A stretch of DNA of 64,000 nucleotides from Elsinoe ampelina (taxonomy: Eukaryota): NCBI GenBank assembly GCA_010093995.1, contig ML992501.1:1-64000 (forward strand), written 5' to 3'. A program made the translations under genes and the position numbers. The notes under the pieces are model-generated. The model saw nothing but the letters and a program-made list of their open reading frames with translations, was not told the origin of the DNA and made no database searches. Of this stretch, positions 34,073 through 46,805 are shown one piece after another. How positions within the stretch are numbered: position 1 is the stretch's first letter; every line of letters starts with the position of its first letter.

Positions 34073-35167
34073 CTAAAGGTGCACATCGACCTCGATCGAA
34101 GGCTTCTCATGACCTTCTGGCGCTATGAGGTACTGCTTGGCCATAGTGGAGGCACTAGTACTGCTCCGACGGATAATGAGTCGACTCGGAATCAAAACAG
34201 GTCTTTTGAATCTCATCTCGAGCCGGCGTCCTTCTTGTGGTATCTCTGAGCCGGTCTGCGTGCCGATGACTTCGATTGCTTTGGCTACTACATGGTTGCC
34301 ATGCGCAATGCGGCCCTTCATGCCGAAAAGTCGAGCTACCAGCGTTGAGAAGTGGATAAAATTGTAATCCTTACAGATACGGGCCCAATTGCTCGGATCT
34401 GCATGTGTCATCTTGAACGATCCGACGTCGATGGAAGCATTGATCGAATGATCAAGTTGGTTGACAGACTCCTTGCCATTGGCATGTGCACGGCGGGCTT
34501 GCTTTCTGAACTCTAACATGGTGAAGGTGAGCCGATAAATCTCTCGCTTTCCATGCTCGGTTGTCTCCTCGATGATAGACACCACCAGATTTGTCTGAAT
34601 CCCCCGCTTGACAATCTGTGCATGCTTTGGTAGAGACGCCGAGATCGTGTAGGACCAAGCAGCACCACCAGACTCAACGTCTGTGTCCAGCACAAGCCTC
34701 CTGCAAGCTGCCACATCGATCATCTCGGCTCTATTGGAGACGTTGACTGCCCCTAGAGGCCGGATCGGGGAGCGTTTTCTGGCGAGCAGAAGTGGTATTG
34801 CTGGCTGGATCAAGGAGCCCAGAAACATTGCAAGATGGGCTTGATTTGATGCGATGTGTTTCGAAATCTGACGGGCGCTCATCTCTGACTTGATTGTATT
34901 GATAGCTGTGGCGTAGTCTTGAAATTGTGATGATCTTATGCGAAGGGGCATGGAGATGGATTGCTCTGGGAGTCGTATTCGATCATCAGTGACTGTCGCT
35001 GCGCTTCCTGTCGACGATCGTGTGACGCTCAATAGGCTGCGGGCAAGCAGAATGCATATCGTCCAGAGGATGTCGATAAATGTAAGCTGATCCGGGCTGA
35101 TTGTGAGATGGGCATGTTGCTGTGTACCACGCAGTCCATACAAGGATGAGTTGCTGAGGAACACCAT
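34073..35167 (-). CDS. MaoC-like (hot-dog fold) dehydratase; start uncertain
   Basis: C-terminal DYNFIH...ARLFGMKGRIAHG...FKRPVLIP resembles the hydratase-2 motif. Confidence 0.7.
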   Translation of the reverse strand: MVFLSNSSLYGLRGTQQHAHLTISPDQLTFIDILWTICILLARSLLSVTRSSTGSAATVTDDRIRLPEQSISMPLRIRSSQFQDYATAINTIKSEMSARQISKHIASNQAHLAMFLGSLIQPAIPLLLARKRSPIRPLGAVNVSNRAEMIDVAACRRLVLDTDVESGGAAWSYTISASLPKHAQIVKRGIQTNLVVSIIEETTEHGKREIYRLTFTMLEFRKQARRAHANGKESVNQLDHSINASIDVGSFKMTHADPSNWARICKDYNFIHFSTLVARLFGMKGRIAHGNHVVAKAIEVIGTQTGSEIPQEGRRLEMRFKRPVLIPSRLIIRRSSTSASTMAKQYLIAPEGHEKPSIEVDVHL

Positions 35168-35662
35168 CCTCGCTACCGAGGTGTTATGCAATCTCCTGGA
35201 GAGTCACTGCCGGATCAGTGGTGCGATAAAGTCCTCATGTCGCTGTTCGGAAAGGGTCGTGATGGCTGGTGTGGATAGAAGATGTCAAGATTTACATCGG
35301 CTTCGTGGGTTTCCATTCAATTTTGACCTGGACGACCACCTCATGCGATTCGGATACGCTAGCTCAGATTGGGCGAATGTCATGCCTTTGGACAAGGTCG
35401 ATCCAGGTATATTATGATTGCATGCATATACAGCACTCTCCGGTAAGATCGTGGACGCCACAGTTTCCTCTTCAAAAAGTCTAAAGCCCCTATCACGAGC
35501 AAGCTAAAAGTCAGGAATGGCTACCACCAAACATGGTAGTGTCATATGATACTGTCGTCACGAAGGCCTGGGTAATGGCCATTTGATCTTTCAACCTTTC
35601 TTGCTTGCGCTTCTCGGTCCGCCAACCGTCTGGTGATACTACGGTAACAACAGCGCCTCAAG

Positions 35663-36363
35663 ATGCCTTTCGAACCCGCGAGTGTGCATCAAACTGGCTT
35701 CCAGAGCAATGATGTTGTCGAAGATCATCATGATAGAATACAGCACCGTAGACCCTTCACTGGAGACTTTCAAGACTTCTTGGGGTCTATCGAGGTGAGA
35801 CCCGCAGTCAGCAGCGGTGCTTCCACAGAATTTGACGTCTTCAGGTCATCTACACCGACGATTCAGATCAGCCCTTTGGCACCATCAAGGAGATAAATGG
35901 AGAGAGCGCGGACCTGAACAAGGGCATGGGAGGGGAGTAAGTTGTCCAGATGCAGGTGATCTGGTAGTTCCTACGCTGACGTTTTTGCGCTCAGCTGTGT
36001 CTGGCTGAAGGGCCACTATTCCACCTCACCAGGCGAGATGGTCCATGAGATTGGCATCGAGATGCGTGACAAGGGTCAGCACGGTGTCGATAATATTAGT
36101 AAGGGAGCGGAAGGGTCTCCCCGTTTTCTTGACCTGAAGCGAGACGTCAACAAGAACGAGTGAGTTGTGCCCACAGCCTCAAGGACATGCCAATCATACT
36201 TTCGAACAGGTTCATCAGAACGTATGGGCTCTGGAGAACGTCACGGGAGCAGGGGTATCCACCTTCCGGATGGAGTGGAATATCGAACGATATCAACACA
36301 GGCCGTGGAGGCGACTGTCTGTACATCGTGTGGCGGTTCAGAGAGTACAAAAGCGGCGCTTGA
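35663..36363 (+). CDS. 180-aa protein with 3-fold internal repeat, beta-prism (MABP-like) (exons 35663-35794, 35845-35936, 35995-36159, 36210-36363)
   Basis: Three GT-AG introns join the exons in frame (543 nt in total). Repeats DLNKGMGGDCVWL / DNISKGAEGSPRFL / DINTGRGGDCLYIVW. Confidence 0.75.
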
Positions 36364-36485
36364 TTCTGAAGCATGGCGGTTGTCACCAGCTAGAACGTGG
36401 TCTCGTGTCCCATAATCTACGATTACGAATCGAAAGCGAACTCCGTACTTCTGTCGTGCGAATTGTGGATGGCGTCCACGGCTTC

Positions 36486-37924
36486 CTACCTCAACAGCCC
36501 CCCAAGACCACGCATTACGCCCCATCCTCCACATACGGTAGCCAAGCCAGTGTAGATGATCAGAGGACCATAGATACTGCCATAACCTGCTCCTACCATG
36601 TTCGAGTCTTCGCCCACCTTGAGCAGCTGCACCCCAATCAATCCTCCTGCGGTGTACCCCACGCCTCTCGCCCCATTGAGTAATCCATAGACGACGCCAC
36701 TATCTACAGCCTCATTCCGGTCAGCGGACTCCTGCTCCATTTCCTTGATCATGCCGCCCCAGGTGGCAGAATAGCCGCCAGCGAAGAAGCCGTAAATGGC
36801 TGCAAAGAGGGACAGTAGTACCATGGCGTTGTTACTACCACTTGACGATCCCCAGAAACAAAAGACAGCCAAAGCGGATGCGAAGGCAGATATGAAGGCC
36901 GTCGCTGATGCAGAGAGGCGGAAGCGGCGGTTGTCCGAGAGGAAGCCAAAGAAAGAGGAAGATATAATACCTGGGGCGTTGAAAAGGGTGAGCAGTAAGG
37001 TCGTGGATGTGGGGGATAGTGCAACGGTGGACGCGTAGGTGGTAAGATATGTTTGAGGAAGACCGTAGCCGGACGATTGTAGAAGAGTCGCCGAGGCATG
37101 AATGTAAATGGCTGGGCGTCGAAGGAATGCCCATGGTATGTTGCGGGCGCGGATTGGTAGCTGCGGATCGTAGCTGAGCGAATGCATGGGCATCAGCAAA
37201 CAGGGTAGGGACGATACCAGAGCGATGGCGGTCCAGATGCGAAGGACAAGAGTTATTGAATAGTTGGAGAGAAGATAGTGGAGCAGGAACGGACAAGCTG
37301 TGCCCACGATATTCTTAGATGAGAGGACGATCCCGAGAGCGAGGGCACGATTGCTACTATCGAAATTCTCGGAGAGCGACAGAGTGGTCGGGCTGTAGAT
37401 GAGTGCACATCCCAAGGCTGAGAGGACTCCTTGAGTAATGACCAGTTGCCAGACTTTTGTGCTGAAGGAGGATAGGAGGAAGCTGAGACACGCGAGAATG
37501 ATTCCAACCACGGCTGCTACGCGGCGATAGCGAGCCCAGCGTCGACTAAGCAGGGCGAACAAGAATGGCATGGAAAGATACATGACTCCGTTTGATGTGG
37601 TTCCGATAACACCAGCGATGTCTTTGTTGCCTTGGAAAGTCCAGTTGCTCTGGTAGTATTCTTGGAAGATGCCATAGGTCATGGCAAAGCCTAGAGATCT
37701 GAGTAGTGTCCGTGACACTGAGAGCACTGATGTTTCTGCTTACCCCAAATCGGCAGCTGAAGCACTGAGCAACTGACGAGTACATGCAAGTGTCGGCCAG
37801 TCCACCTCGACGTTGGCGGACTTGTTGGTGTATATTGTTCAATTTCAATCTCGTGGCTTGCAGCGGCTACATCCCGCAGCTCGAGGGTTGTAGAGGACTG
37901 CATCGTCATTGGAGGTGTATGCAT
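36486..37924 (-). CDS. MFS monocarboxylate transporter (Mch-like) (intron 37691-37743)
   Basis: Motifs W|GFAMTYGIFQEYY, LVITQGVL and YGFFAGGYSATW. About 12 TM segments. Confidence 0.88.
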
Positions 37925-38450
37925 TCGAATTGAGGCAGTAGTTGGCAGATGTTTGACTGAGAAGCGGGCTCATGTATTTATGGAGACATGCATGTAGAAG
38001 AGATGATACTCATCTGACTCACGATCGGATATCGAGGCCGTGGTCGGCGATCCTTTATCATCCCACGTCTATGATTTGTCGCGAGGTCAATAGCCTCGAC
38101 AGAGACCGCTGAATCGCGTCAGACGATAGCTAGGGCGACGATATCTGATCTATGACGATCAACCTTGCCATAGCGTAGCCTTTGAAGCGACCGGAGCCGG
38201 GCAGGTAGTTGTAAAAGACGACTTGAAAGTGTCAGCAAGTCGAAGAGCAATCTTGACCAAGACGAAACGCATATTGCCTCCATACTGATTGGAGGATCGG
38301 CCCGCCACCAAAAACACGTGGGCCCTGGGCCTTTTTGCCGGCCCAAAAAAAAAAACTCCTTGAACGGGCATGAATTGAAATTTTGGGTGGATAGCGGAGG
38401 TCAGATTTCAACTTCAGCCCGGGCATCCTTTTTCGTCTCAACACAACAAT

Positions 38451-38482
38451 CTCCACTCTCCACTCTCCACTCTCCACTCTCC
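38451..38482 (+). repeat. (CTCCACT)4 heptamer minisatellite upstream of NEW1
   Basis: ctccactctccactctccactctccactctcc. Confidence 0.9.
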
Positions 38483-38640
38483 TTTCCTCGGTACGACAAG
38501 GCTGCTGAGCAGCTGTAGTTCATCCAGCGACCGAGTTCCTTACAAGGCCGGTCTTGCATAGCGACAAGAGGGACCACAATACGTCACAGAACCCCCTGCA
38601 TCTCCATAGCCTTGAACACAAGACTACGATACACTGCGGC

Positions 38641-41600
38641 ATGCCGCACCACGAATCGCCTCCCATGGCTGCCGCGAACCCATCCATCATAGCGCCAAAA
38701 GCCGCAGCCCCCGCTCCCGCCGACATCGAGCACTTCAATAACATCATCTACACATCCAAGACCGCCCAGGAGTCGCTTGATGCCTCGTACGCTCTGACCG
38801 ACCTCCTCACCAACAGCGTTGGCCACCGCGGCCTGATCAACTACGATGTCCTCAAGACAGTCAAATCGGCTGCGACAGATAAGAAGAATGGCGCGAGGAG
38901 GGAGGGATCCATGTTTGCTCTCGGGGCCCTACTCGAACGTTTCCCAGCGAAGCACAGGCTCTCCGAGGCTGTCTTCCTGCTGCAAGAGTCCTACACAGTC
39001 CCGGTCGCTCTGGACGCGCTTGCGGATAAGGGCTCACATGTGAGAGAAGGGGCCAAATATGCGCTTGATACCCTGTTCGACAACCTCGGACCCGAAGCAA
39101 AGGTCCTTGGGCTTTTGCCAGTCCTGGTTGAGTATCTGGGCAAGATTACTGGCAAATGGCAAGGCACGGTCGGCGCATTCGAGTTGGTCGGTCGGATGGC
39201 GGACAAGGCAAAGATGGGTATGGGCACCGGAGAAGAGGAGGAGATCAAGGATGTTCTGCGGGATTGTATGGGGAAGAAATTGGCGGGTTTGATACCCATC
39301 GTTGAAGCCGGCATGCACGATCTGAAGTCCGAGGTGTCGAAACAAGCCATCAAGACCATGAACAGCTTGACCACGCTCCTCCAGAACGATGACGTTGCAC
39401 CACGGATACCTCTTCTGATCAACAGCATGGAGCATCCGAGCACGGAGAGTTTGCAAAAAGCCATTCACGCCTTATCACAAACCACCTTCGTCGCCGAAGT
39501 CACGAGCCCCGTCCTTGCTCTGCTTACACCACTCCTGGAACGCTCGCTCAACACGCCCACAACTGCCCAGGAAGTCCTGCGACAAACCGTCATCGTGGTC
39601 GAGAATTTGACCAAGCTGGTCCACGATCCGGTGGAAGCCCGTGTCTTCCTGCCTAAACTCAAGCCTGGTGTACAGGGTGTGAAGGACAGGGCGTCGCTCC
39701 CTGAAGTGCGAGAGATTGCACAAAGAGCATTGGACGTCATCAAAAAGGCAATGGGTGAGGAAGACGGCGCCACAAATGCATACACAAGGACAAGCCCAGA
39801 TCAGGTTGCCGTCATCTTGGACCAAGAAATCCAGGCTCACGGAGGCTTGGTGACATACCCTGGCGACCCTCAGCTCTGGAGCCTGGCGAAGCCATACATT
39901 TGTTCCATTGTAGCCGAGGACGTCAACCAGAGGCAAATCGAGCGGATCAAGAACAACGTTGGACCATACCTCCAAGCCATCACGAAAGACGGAGCCGCAG
40001 ATAGCATTGCCGAGAAGGTCCACGCGCATTTCCTCGCTGAAGACCACCGCAAATTCGGTGCTCCTCCCCAGCCCGAGGATGGAGAAGTCGAGATTGTGAA
40101 TGCTACCTTCTCCCTGGGCTACGGTGGTATGCTCCTTCTTTCGCGCACCAACCTCCGACTCCTCAAGGGCCACCGCTACGGTCTTTGTGGTCGCAATGGT
40201 GCTGGTAAATCCACGCTCATGCGCAGCATTGCGAACAACAAGCTCGAAGGCTGGCCAGGGCCAGATGAAGTTCGAAGTGTCATGGTCGAACACAACCAGG
40301 GAGAAGATGCTGATATCACAATCTTTGAGTACTGTCTCAAGGATCCGGACATCGCCAAGGAAGGCGAGGAGAGGATTCGCTCGATTTTGGAAGAGGTCGG
40401 CTTCACATCTGGACCAGAAGGTCGTCAATCACAAAAGGTTGGGACCCTATCAGGAGGCTGGAAAATGAAGCTCGCCTTGGCTCGTGCTATGCTGCTGCGC
40501 GCTGATGTGTTCTTGCTGGACGAGCCTACCAATCACTTGGACGTTGGAAACGTAGCCTGGTTGGGCAACTACCTCAAGACACACCCGGAGATCACCTCTC
40601 TCATCGTGTCTCACGACTCAGGATTCCTCGACGATGTTTGCACAGACATTATCCACTATGAGCAGAAGAAGCTCGTCTCGTACCGTGGCAACCTCGCTGC
40701 CTTTGTCCAGCTCAAGCCAGAGGCCAAGGCATACTACACCCTGTCCGCAACTTCCACCGAGTTCAAATTCCCTCCTCCTGGTATCTTGACTGGTATCAAG
40801 TCAAACACTCGCGCAATCATGAAGATGACGGACTGCTCCTTCACTTATCCCAACGCACCAAAGCCGTCTCTGCACAACGTCTCTGCTTCCCTCTCGCTTT
40901 CTTCCCGAGTCGCTGTGCTTGGGCCTAACGGAGCTGGCAAGTCGACCCTCATCAAGGTCCTGACTGGTGAAGTCATCCCACAGACTGGCCAAGTTCAAAA
41001 GCATCCCAACTTGCGAATCGGTTACATCAAGCAGCATGCTCTCGAGCACGTTGAAATGCATCTCGAAAAGACGCCCAACCAATACCTTCAATGGCGATAC
41101 GCAAACGGAGATGATCGTGAGGTGCTCATGAAGCAGACTCGTCAGCTTACGGCCGAAGACAAGGCACAAATGGAGAAGATGATCTCTCTGCCTGGTCTCG
41201 GAGGCGAGCGCAGGGTTGAAGCACTTCTCGGTCGTCAAAAGTTCAAGAAATCGTTCCAGTACGAAGTCAAGTGGCTCGGTATGCTCCCCAAGCACAACAC
41301 CATGATCAGTCGCGAAACCCTGTTGGAGCTCGGCTTCCAGAAACTCATCCAAGAATTCGATGACCACGAAGCAAGCAGAGAAGGTCTTGGTTTCCGTCAA
41401 CTCGAGCCCAAGGTCATCAGCAAGCATTTTGAAGACGTCGGTCTCGACCCGGAAATCGCCAACCACAACGCCATCAGCGGCCTCAGCGGTGGTCAAAAAG
41501 TTAAAGTCGTCCTCGCAGGTGCCATGTGGAACAATCCTCATCTCCTCGTGCTTGACGAACCTACCAGTAAGTCCAATCCCCTTCCCGCCCTTTAAGAACG

Positions 41601-42127
41601 ACCACTAACCCCCTCTCTCAGATTTCTTGGACCGACAAGCCATTGGCGGTCTCGCCGTCGCCATCCGCGACTGGAAGGGCGGCGTCGTCATGATCTCCCA
41701 CAACGACGAATTCGTCGGCGCCCTCTGCCCCGAACAATGGCACGTCGAAGACGGCCGACTCACCCACAAGGGCCACCTCGGCGTCGACTCGTCCCGCTTC
41801 GAAGACTCTGGCGCCTCCACGCCTCTCAACGGCGCCATGTCCCCTCGTCTCGGCGCGGGTTTGGCCGCCGGCGTGGCGTCCGGTCTTGGTTCCGGCGTGA
41901 CTTCCGGCGTCAGCTCGGCGATGCAGTCCGAGGCGAGCAGTGCTGTGCAGTCCGAGGCGGAGGGCGGGAAGAAGGATGACGACATGAAGTTCCGCGCGAG
42001 GAAGAAGAAGAAGATGACGAGGGCGGAGAAGAAGGAGCAGGAGGCCAGGAGGCGGCTGAGGCATATTAATTGGTTGTCGAGCCCGAAGGGGACGCCGCAT
42101 CCGCCGGATACGGATGATGAGGGTTGA
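38641..42127 (+). CDS. NEW1: eEF3-like ABC-F ATPase New1/Elf1 (intron 41567-41621)
   Basis: HEAT region and two ABC cassettes (GRNGAGKST, GPNGAGKST). The chromodomain GRQKFKKSFQYEVKW and the C-terminus RLRHINWLSSPKGTP...DTDDE are New1-type rather than Yef3-type. Confidence 0.9.
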
Positions 42128-42650
42128 GGTTGATGTCGCAAAAGATGAGAGGGAATGCATGTTTGGGCGTTAGATATAGAGGTTGGTACTTGTTGTGTCT
42201 TGTAGACAAGACAGGGGCATGTCTGTGATGGTTAGCGTTGCATAGAATGATAGACTGCGTATATGACCGGGGGCGATGATGTTTCAGAATGCCACATTTC
42301 TCTTTTACCATTTCCGTCAGTAATCGCTGGTGTATGGTCGTTTTACATCTGCAGTATCCGTTCATCACTCATTGTTCAACCATAACTTCATATAGTTGTA
42401 GTCATACACAATATACATACAGTATACTCGTTCAGAACCGAAACATCATCCTCTTCCTACGGCCAGCGTCAGAATTAGCAATACTCCCCCTACTCTCGCA
42501 CCCACTGCTTCTGAACCTCTCAGTACCTCATCGCCTCACGCACCTCGTCGACCGTCCTCTCTACCCCACTCCGTTGTTTGCCCCGTCCTCCTGCCATTAT
42601 CTATCCCTTTCACCAAGTCCTTCCACCCCTGTGCCTCGGCTTCACTGACT

Positions 42651-45600
42651 TCAATCAAAATTGATCAAACTAGTATCCATCATCCCCCTAGCCCGCATGT
42701 ACGTGTCCAACGCACTCCTCTGACTGGCTCTACTCCTCCCACTGCCCACACTCCCTTTACTCCTCCCCGTCCCCACACTACCCAAGCTCTCCTTACTCGC
42801 CCTACTACCACCACCCCTCCCACTGCCCTCACTGCCCTCACTCCCCTGCCTCCCCGCACCCCGCCTCCCCACACCAAGCAACATATCAGCAGTCTCCTGC
42901 CTCGCCCTCAGTATATCCCCGTCCGTAACCTCATGCACCAACGGCGGCGAAGGGGTGGAGCGGACGGGAGGCTGGGACCACGCTGTCACGTCCTGTGTCC
43001 CTGGGTGGGAGAAGGACGGGTTAGAGAAAGCAGGATGCCCGATGGCGGTCAGGCGGCGGAAGGTGGCGTCTTCTTCCCTAACTTCCTGGTCTGTTTCGTC
43101 GGAGGAGTGGGAGTGGGAGTCGGGGCCGTGGTTGGTTGCGTCAGAGTTCGGAGGCGGGGGGCGTCTGTTCTCGGATGAGAGGGCGGTGGCGAATACACGG
43201 GATGAGGCGCCGCTGTGTGAAGGGGAGGGGATAAGGTTTGGACTGCCGTTTTGAGGGTGGGGTTGGAGGGAAGGACTGGTGAGCGTCTGTTGTAGGAGGT
43301 GGAGAAGGGTGTCCTGGTTGCTGGAGCTGGCGACGTCTGGGGTGCGTAAGATGCCCATGAGAGCGGCTTCGAGGAAGCGGTTGTGTCGCTCGATGCCGTC
43401 CATGCGGGCCATCATGACTGAGAGGAGGGCGGATTCTGGGGCCTGTCCATTGGAAGTGTCGGGTCTTGAAGTATTAGTCGAGCCAGTGGCAGGAGCAGTG
43501 TCACCGAAAAGTTGTGCTCGCTCTTTGCCAGTGACGGCGGTGGAGAACTTGCTTGTTGGCACCTTTAGGCTGAATTGTCTTGCCACATGAGACGATGGCG
43601 TGGGAAGGGCACTTCCTGGTTTGGTTGGGCTAGGAATGATGAATTGTCCCGGAGACCGTGCTGAGGTAGGTGGGGAGGGGAACTTGTTGACCACCTTTTC
43701 GATGTTGAGGGGCTTGGGACCCTTGACCTTCTTCTTGGGGGACAGAGTGGTGGAATAGACAGATGCCGAAGTAGCCGAGTGACCAGAAAGGTTGCGGATA
43801 TGCCCTTTTGCAAAGATCTTCTGGTCTGGCGTCGGTGGCAGACCACGTTTGGGCGGTGGCGACGGGAGAGAAGGATCGATGGTCATTGGCGAGATGGTGG
43901 ATATGTCTTTGGCTCTCGCAAGTCCGTTTCTTTCTGTGATCGGAGTTTGAGGCCTGGTCGAATTATTACCAATGGCATTCCCCTTGACAGGTGACGAGAT
44001 GCTAGGCGATATAGCCAGTTGTCTGGAATGTCGCTTTGGCATTTTTGCAGACCTTGGTCTTGGATGCCGTGAAGGTGCAACAGGTGACTTTGGTTTGCTT
44101 TTGCCCAGCGTGTTGGTGCCTGCACTCTTCTCACTCGGTGCTCGATTGTTGACCTTGCCTTTTGTAGCGGGGATAAGGGTCGACTGAGTTGGTGCGCTGC
44201 TAAGTAACGGCCTCACGATAGGATTGCTGGGAAAGTGCATCTCTTCTTCTTGAGCCATGTAACGACCAATCATGTCAATATCATCCCAGCTCTGCAGAAC
44301 AGACATTCTCTTACTGATGCTGCCGTCTCTCTGATCAGCACCTTTACCCTTTGATGCGGGTCGTGCCCGGCGAAGTACCTTCCTCTGTCTTGGACTTGGA
44401 CCAGCAGATGGTGATCCTTGTACATCGACCACAGGTACTTCTCGACCTGACGCCTTGGAGTGTACCACCCATCGACGACCCGTGGCAATGGCAGCTTCGG
44501 AACTACCACTGCTGTGCGAAGACTCGACTTTGCCATTACTTGAAGGACTGGCAGGTAGAGAAGAGTACGGCACAGTCTTCAAAGTGGTATCGGTTGTGCT
44601 AGTCGCTTCAGGAATTTGGTCCTGTGGGGAAATGGGTGATACTGGTGACACCCTCTCTCCACTACTCATCGATGCCATGGTACCATCGATCGAGCCCGTA
44701 GCTCTTGTCATTCGAAGTGGAGAGCGAGGAGGTGGAGGACCAGGGGAAACCGAGCCTTCGGATCCAACACGACGGTGTGGTAACACAATGCGGCGGGACG
44801 TGTTGGGCACATTGTGGCTGACACTGCGAGGCGAACGCATGGCGTAAAGGCGCCTTGAATGCTTCTTGCTCAGCGTGGGAGAGACCGGCGGAACAGGAGG
44901 CAGGGCAGTGATTGGAGATCGGGGGTGAGAATGTAACGGGTTCGGACACGAGTCCAAGAAGCGGTTGGACGTAGATTTGGTCGATGCAGGCTTGGATGGG
45001 CCAGGTCCATGATCATGACCTGATGACTGTTTTGGAGACGGTGGTGGGGTCGCCGAAGGGCGGATAGGTGTGCTGTCCTCGTCTGTAATGATCCGAACTG
45101 TCTGGCCACTTGCAGTACGTTCACGCTGTGCTTCATCGTGGTTGTTTTCCTCGTCTTCTGTGATGGCGTTCCAGTCTTCGATGCTCTTCTCGAACAGGAC
45201 AGCGACATTTGGATCGATGATGATGTCAGCACTGCGAGCATCAGTAAGGCTTTCACGAAGGAGAGAAAGCGTGATCTGTGAGACCTCAATCTTGGAGCCT
45301 TGTCCAGCTCGACATCGGTCTTCGACGGTTCCGCAATCTGGTAGTATTTGACACCTTGAACGGTTAGTACAACGAATCTTTCATAATATACCAGTACTAA
45401 CCACTCTTGGAGATTTTAACCTCAACCGACTTTGGTAGGTCCTCTTGACGGGGTAAGAGCTGATTCGTTGTCTTCGACTTCTGCATCCGTCCACCACTAA
45501 TGATTGTCAGTTATCACGATGTCGTTTAAGCTGAACACCTTCTGACCCTTTGGACGACCCCGACGAGCGAATGTCCTTGGCTCCGAAGAGTCTGAAGCTT

Positions 45601-45992
45601 CTGGGAACAGTCGTCGATCGCTTGTGTTTCTTAGACTTGTCCGGCAAGGTATCTTCTGGTCCAGTGGTCCTTAGGAATTGGGCCAGTTGGTACGAATCAC
45701 ATCTTGCTGGCATGACCCATAAACTTGCTTCGGTATTCATGTCGTCGATATGTTCGGCAGCTTTGAAGTCTAGCTTCTTCGCCGTTTCTGTCTGGTTGTT
45801 GGAAGTAGAGGATGTGACGTGTTTCTCTTCGATAGATTCGAGTTCAGTCTTCTCACCGAGGTTGGAGGCTTGTATGGAAGAGTGATCGCTGAAAGGGTCG
45901 GATCGTCTCTTTGGAGCAGCATGCGTATGCTTTGAGGGTGCAGCTGGTAGGATGATGGGATCCACGGCCATTCCAGTGGGACCGAAGAGCAT
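42651..45992 (-). CDS. Large Ser/Pro-rich, probably disordered hypothetical protein; multi-exon, 5' structure tentative
   Basis: The frame of ORF 42651-44957 stays open upstream to about 45350. It is plausibly spliced to LPKSVEVKISKS|GVKYYQI and to ORF 45507-46121 (AQFLRTTGP). Coiled coil RMDGIERHNRFLEAAL. Confidence 0.6.
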
Positions 45993-46805
45993 GTTGTCTT
46001 TGTGTTCGTGAAATGTCAAATCAATCAGAGTTTGAGGCAACGGGTTACACAGGTTGGGGGCATTTGAAACCTGTGCGTCCAAGATGCCTCGTACGAATGC
46101 AAGAGAACGATGCAAATACAAATTTGAAATGAAAATCTTGCAAACCTCGTTCTGAGGATGTCATTTGAGTCTATCCGACGCGAGGGACCTTGGACTGGTA
46201 CGCATCATGATAGAGCAAGGGCAAGTTGGCTGCAGATGCATGCGGATACATGCCCTCTAGTGCGAAGCAGCTTTGATCGAGTCTGCCGGGCGACTTGCAG
46301 GAGCTGAAAAGTCTGTCGGACAGCTTCCTACAGCTGTGCATGGTGAAGGAGGGGCAGTGTCGTACAAGGCGTTGCTAGGCGCAGGGATGGCGGCTGGCAA
46401 GCAAGGAGTGAGTGTTGGCCGTCCTCAACAGCGGCCGGATACGTCGCCATTGGTGAATCAACGATGATGGACCAGCTAGGTCAGTAGGATGACATGGGTG
46501 TCGATAGCAAGGTCAAACCCGATAGTGCCGCCTGACAGGTCGATGGAATTGGAGGAGAGGTTGTTCTGGTAGGAAGTGCAGGAAAAGTGGCGGGTGGCTG
46601 ACAAACACCCTTATGTATTGGCAGAAGCACGCGCAGATTTAATCCGACGAGATTCAGATATCGATCAAAGCTCGCTGATTGCGTATTGAAACCATTGCGG
46701 TCTCCATCATGCATGTGACCGCTCATTTTGAAACTCCGCCGCTATGCTTGCCACGCTATGAACATTCCCATCAGATATGCAAGTCCTTATCCACGATGCG
46801 ATGCT

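Noticed and set aside
7304..37924. Possible secondary-metabolite cluster (O-methyltransferase, MFS transporters, MaoC dehydratase)
   Set aside because: There is no PKS, NRPS, terpene synthase or cluster transcription factor, and the genes are widely separated.
38641..42127. Calling this gene canonical elongation factor 3 (YEF3)
   Set aside because: The chromodomain and C-terminal WLSSPKGTP motifs match the New1/Elf1 paralogue.
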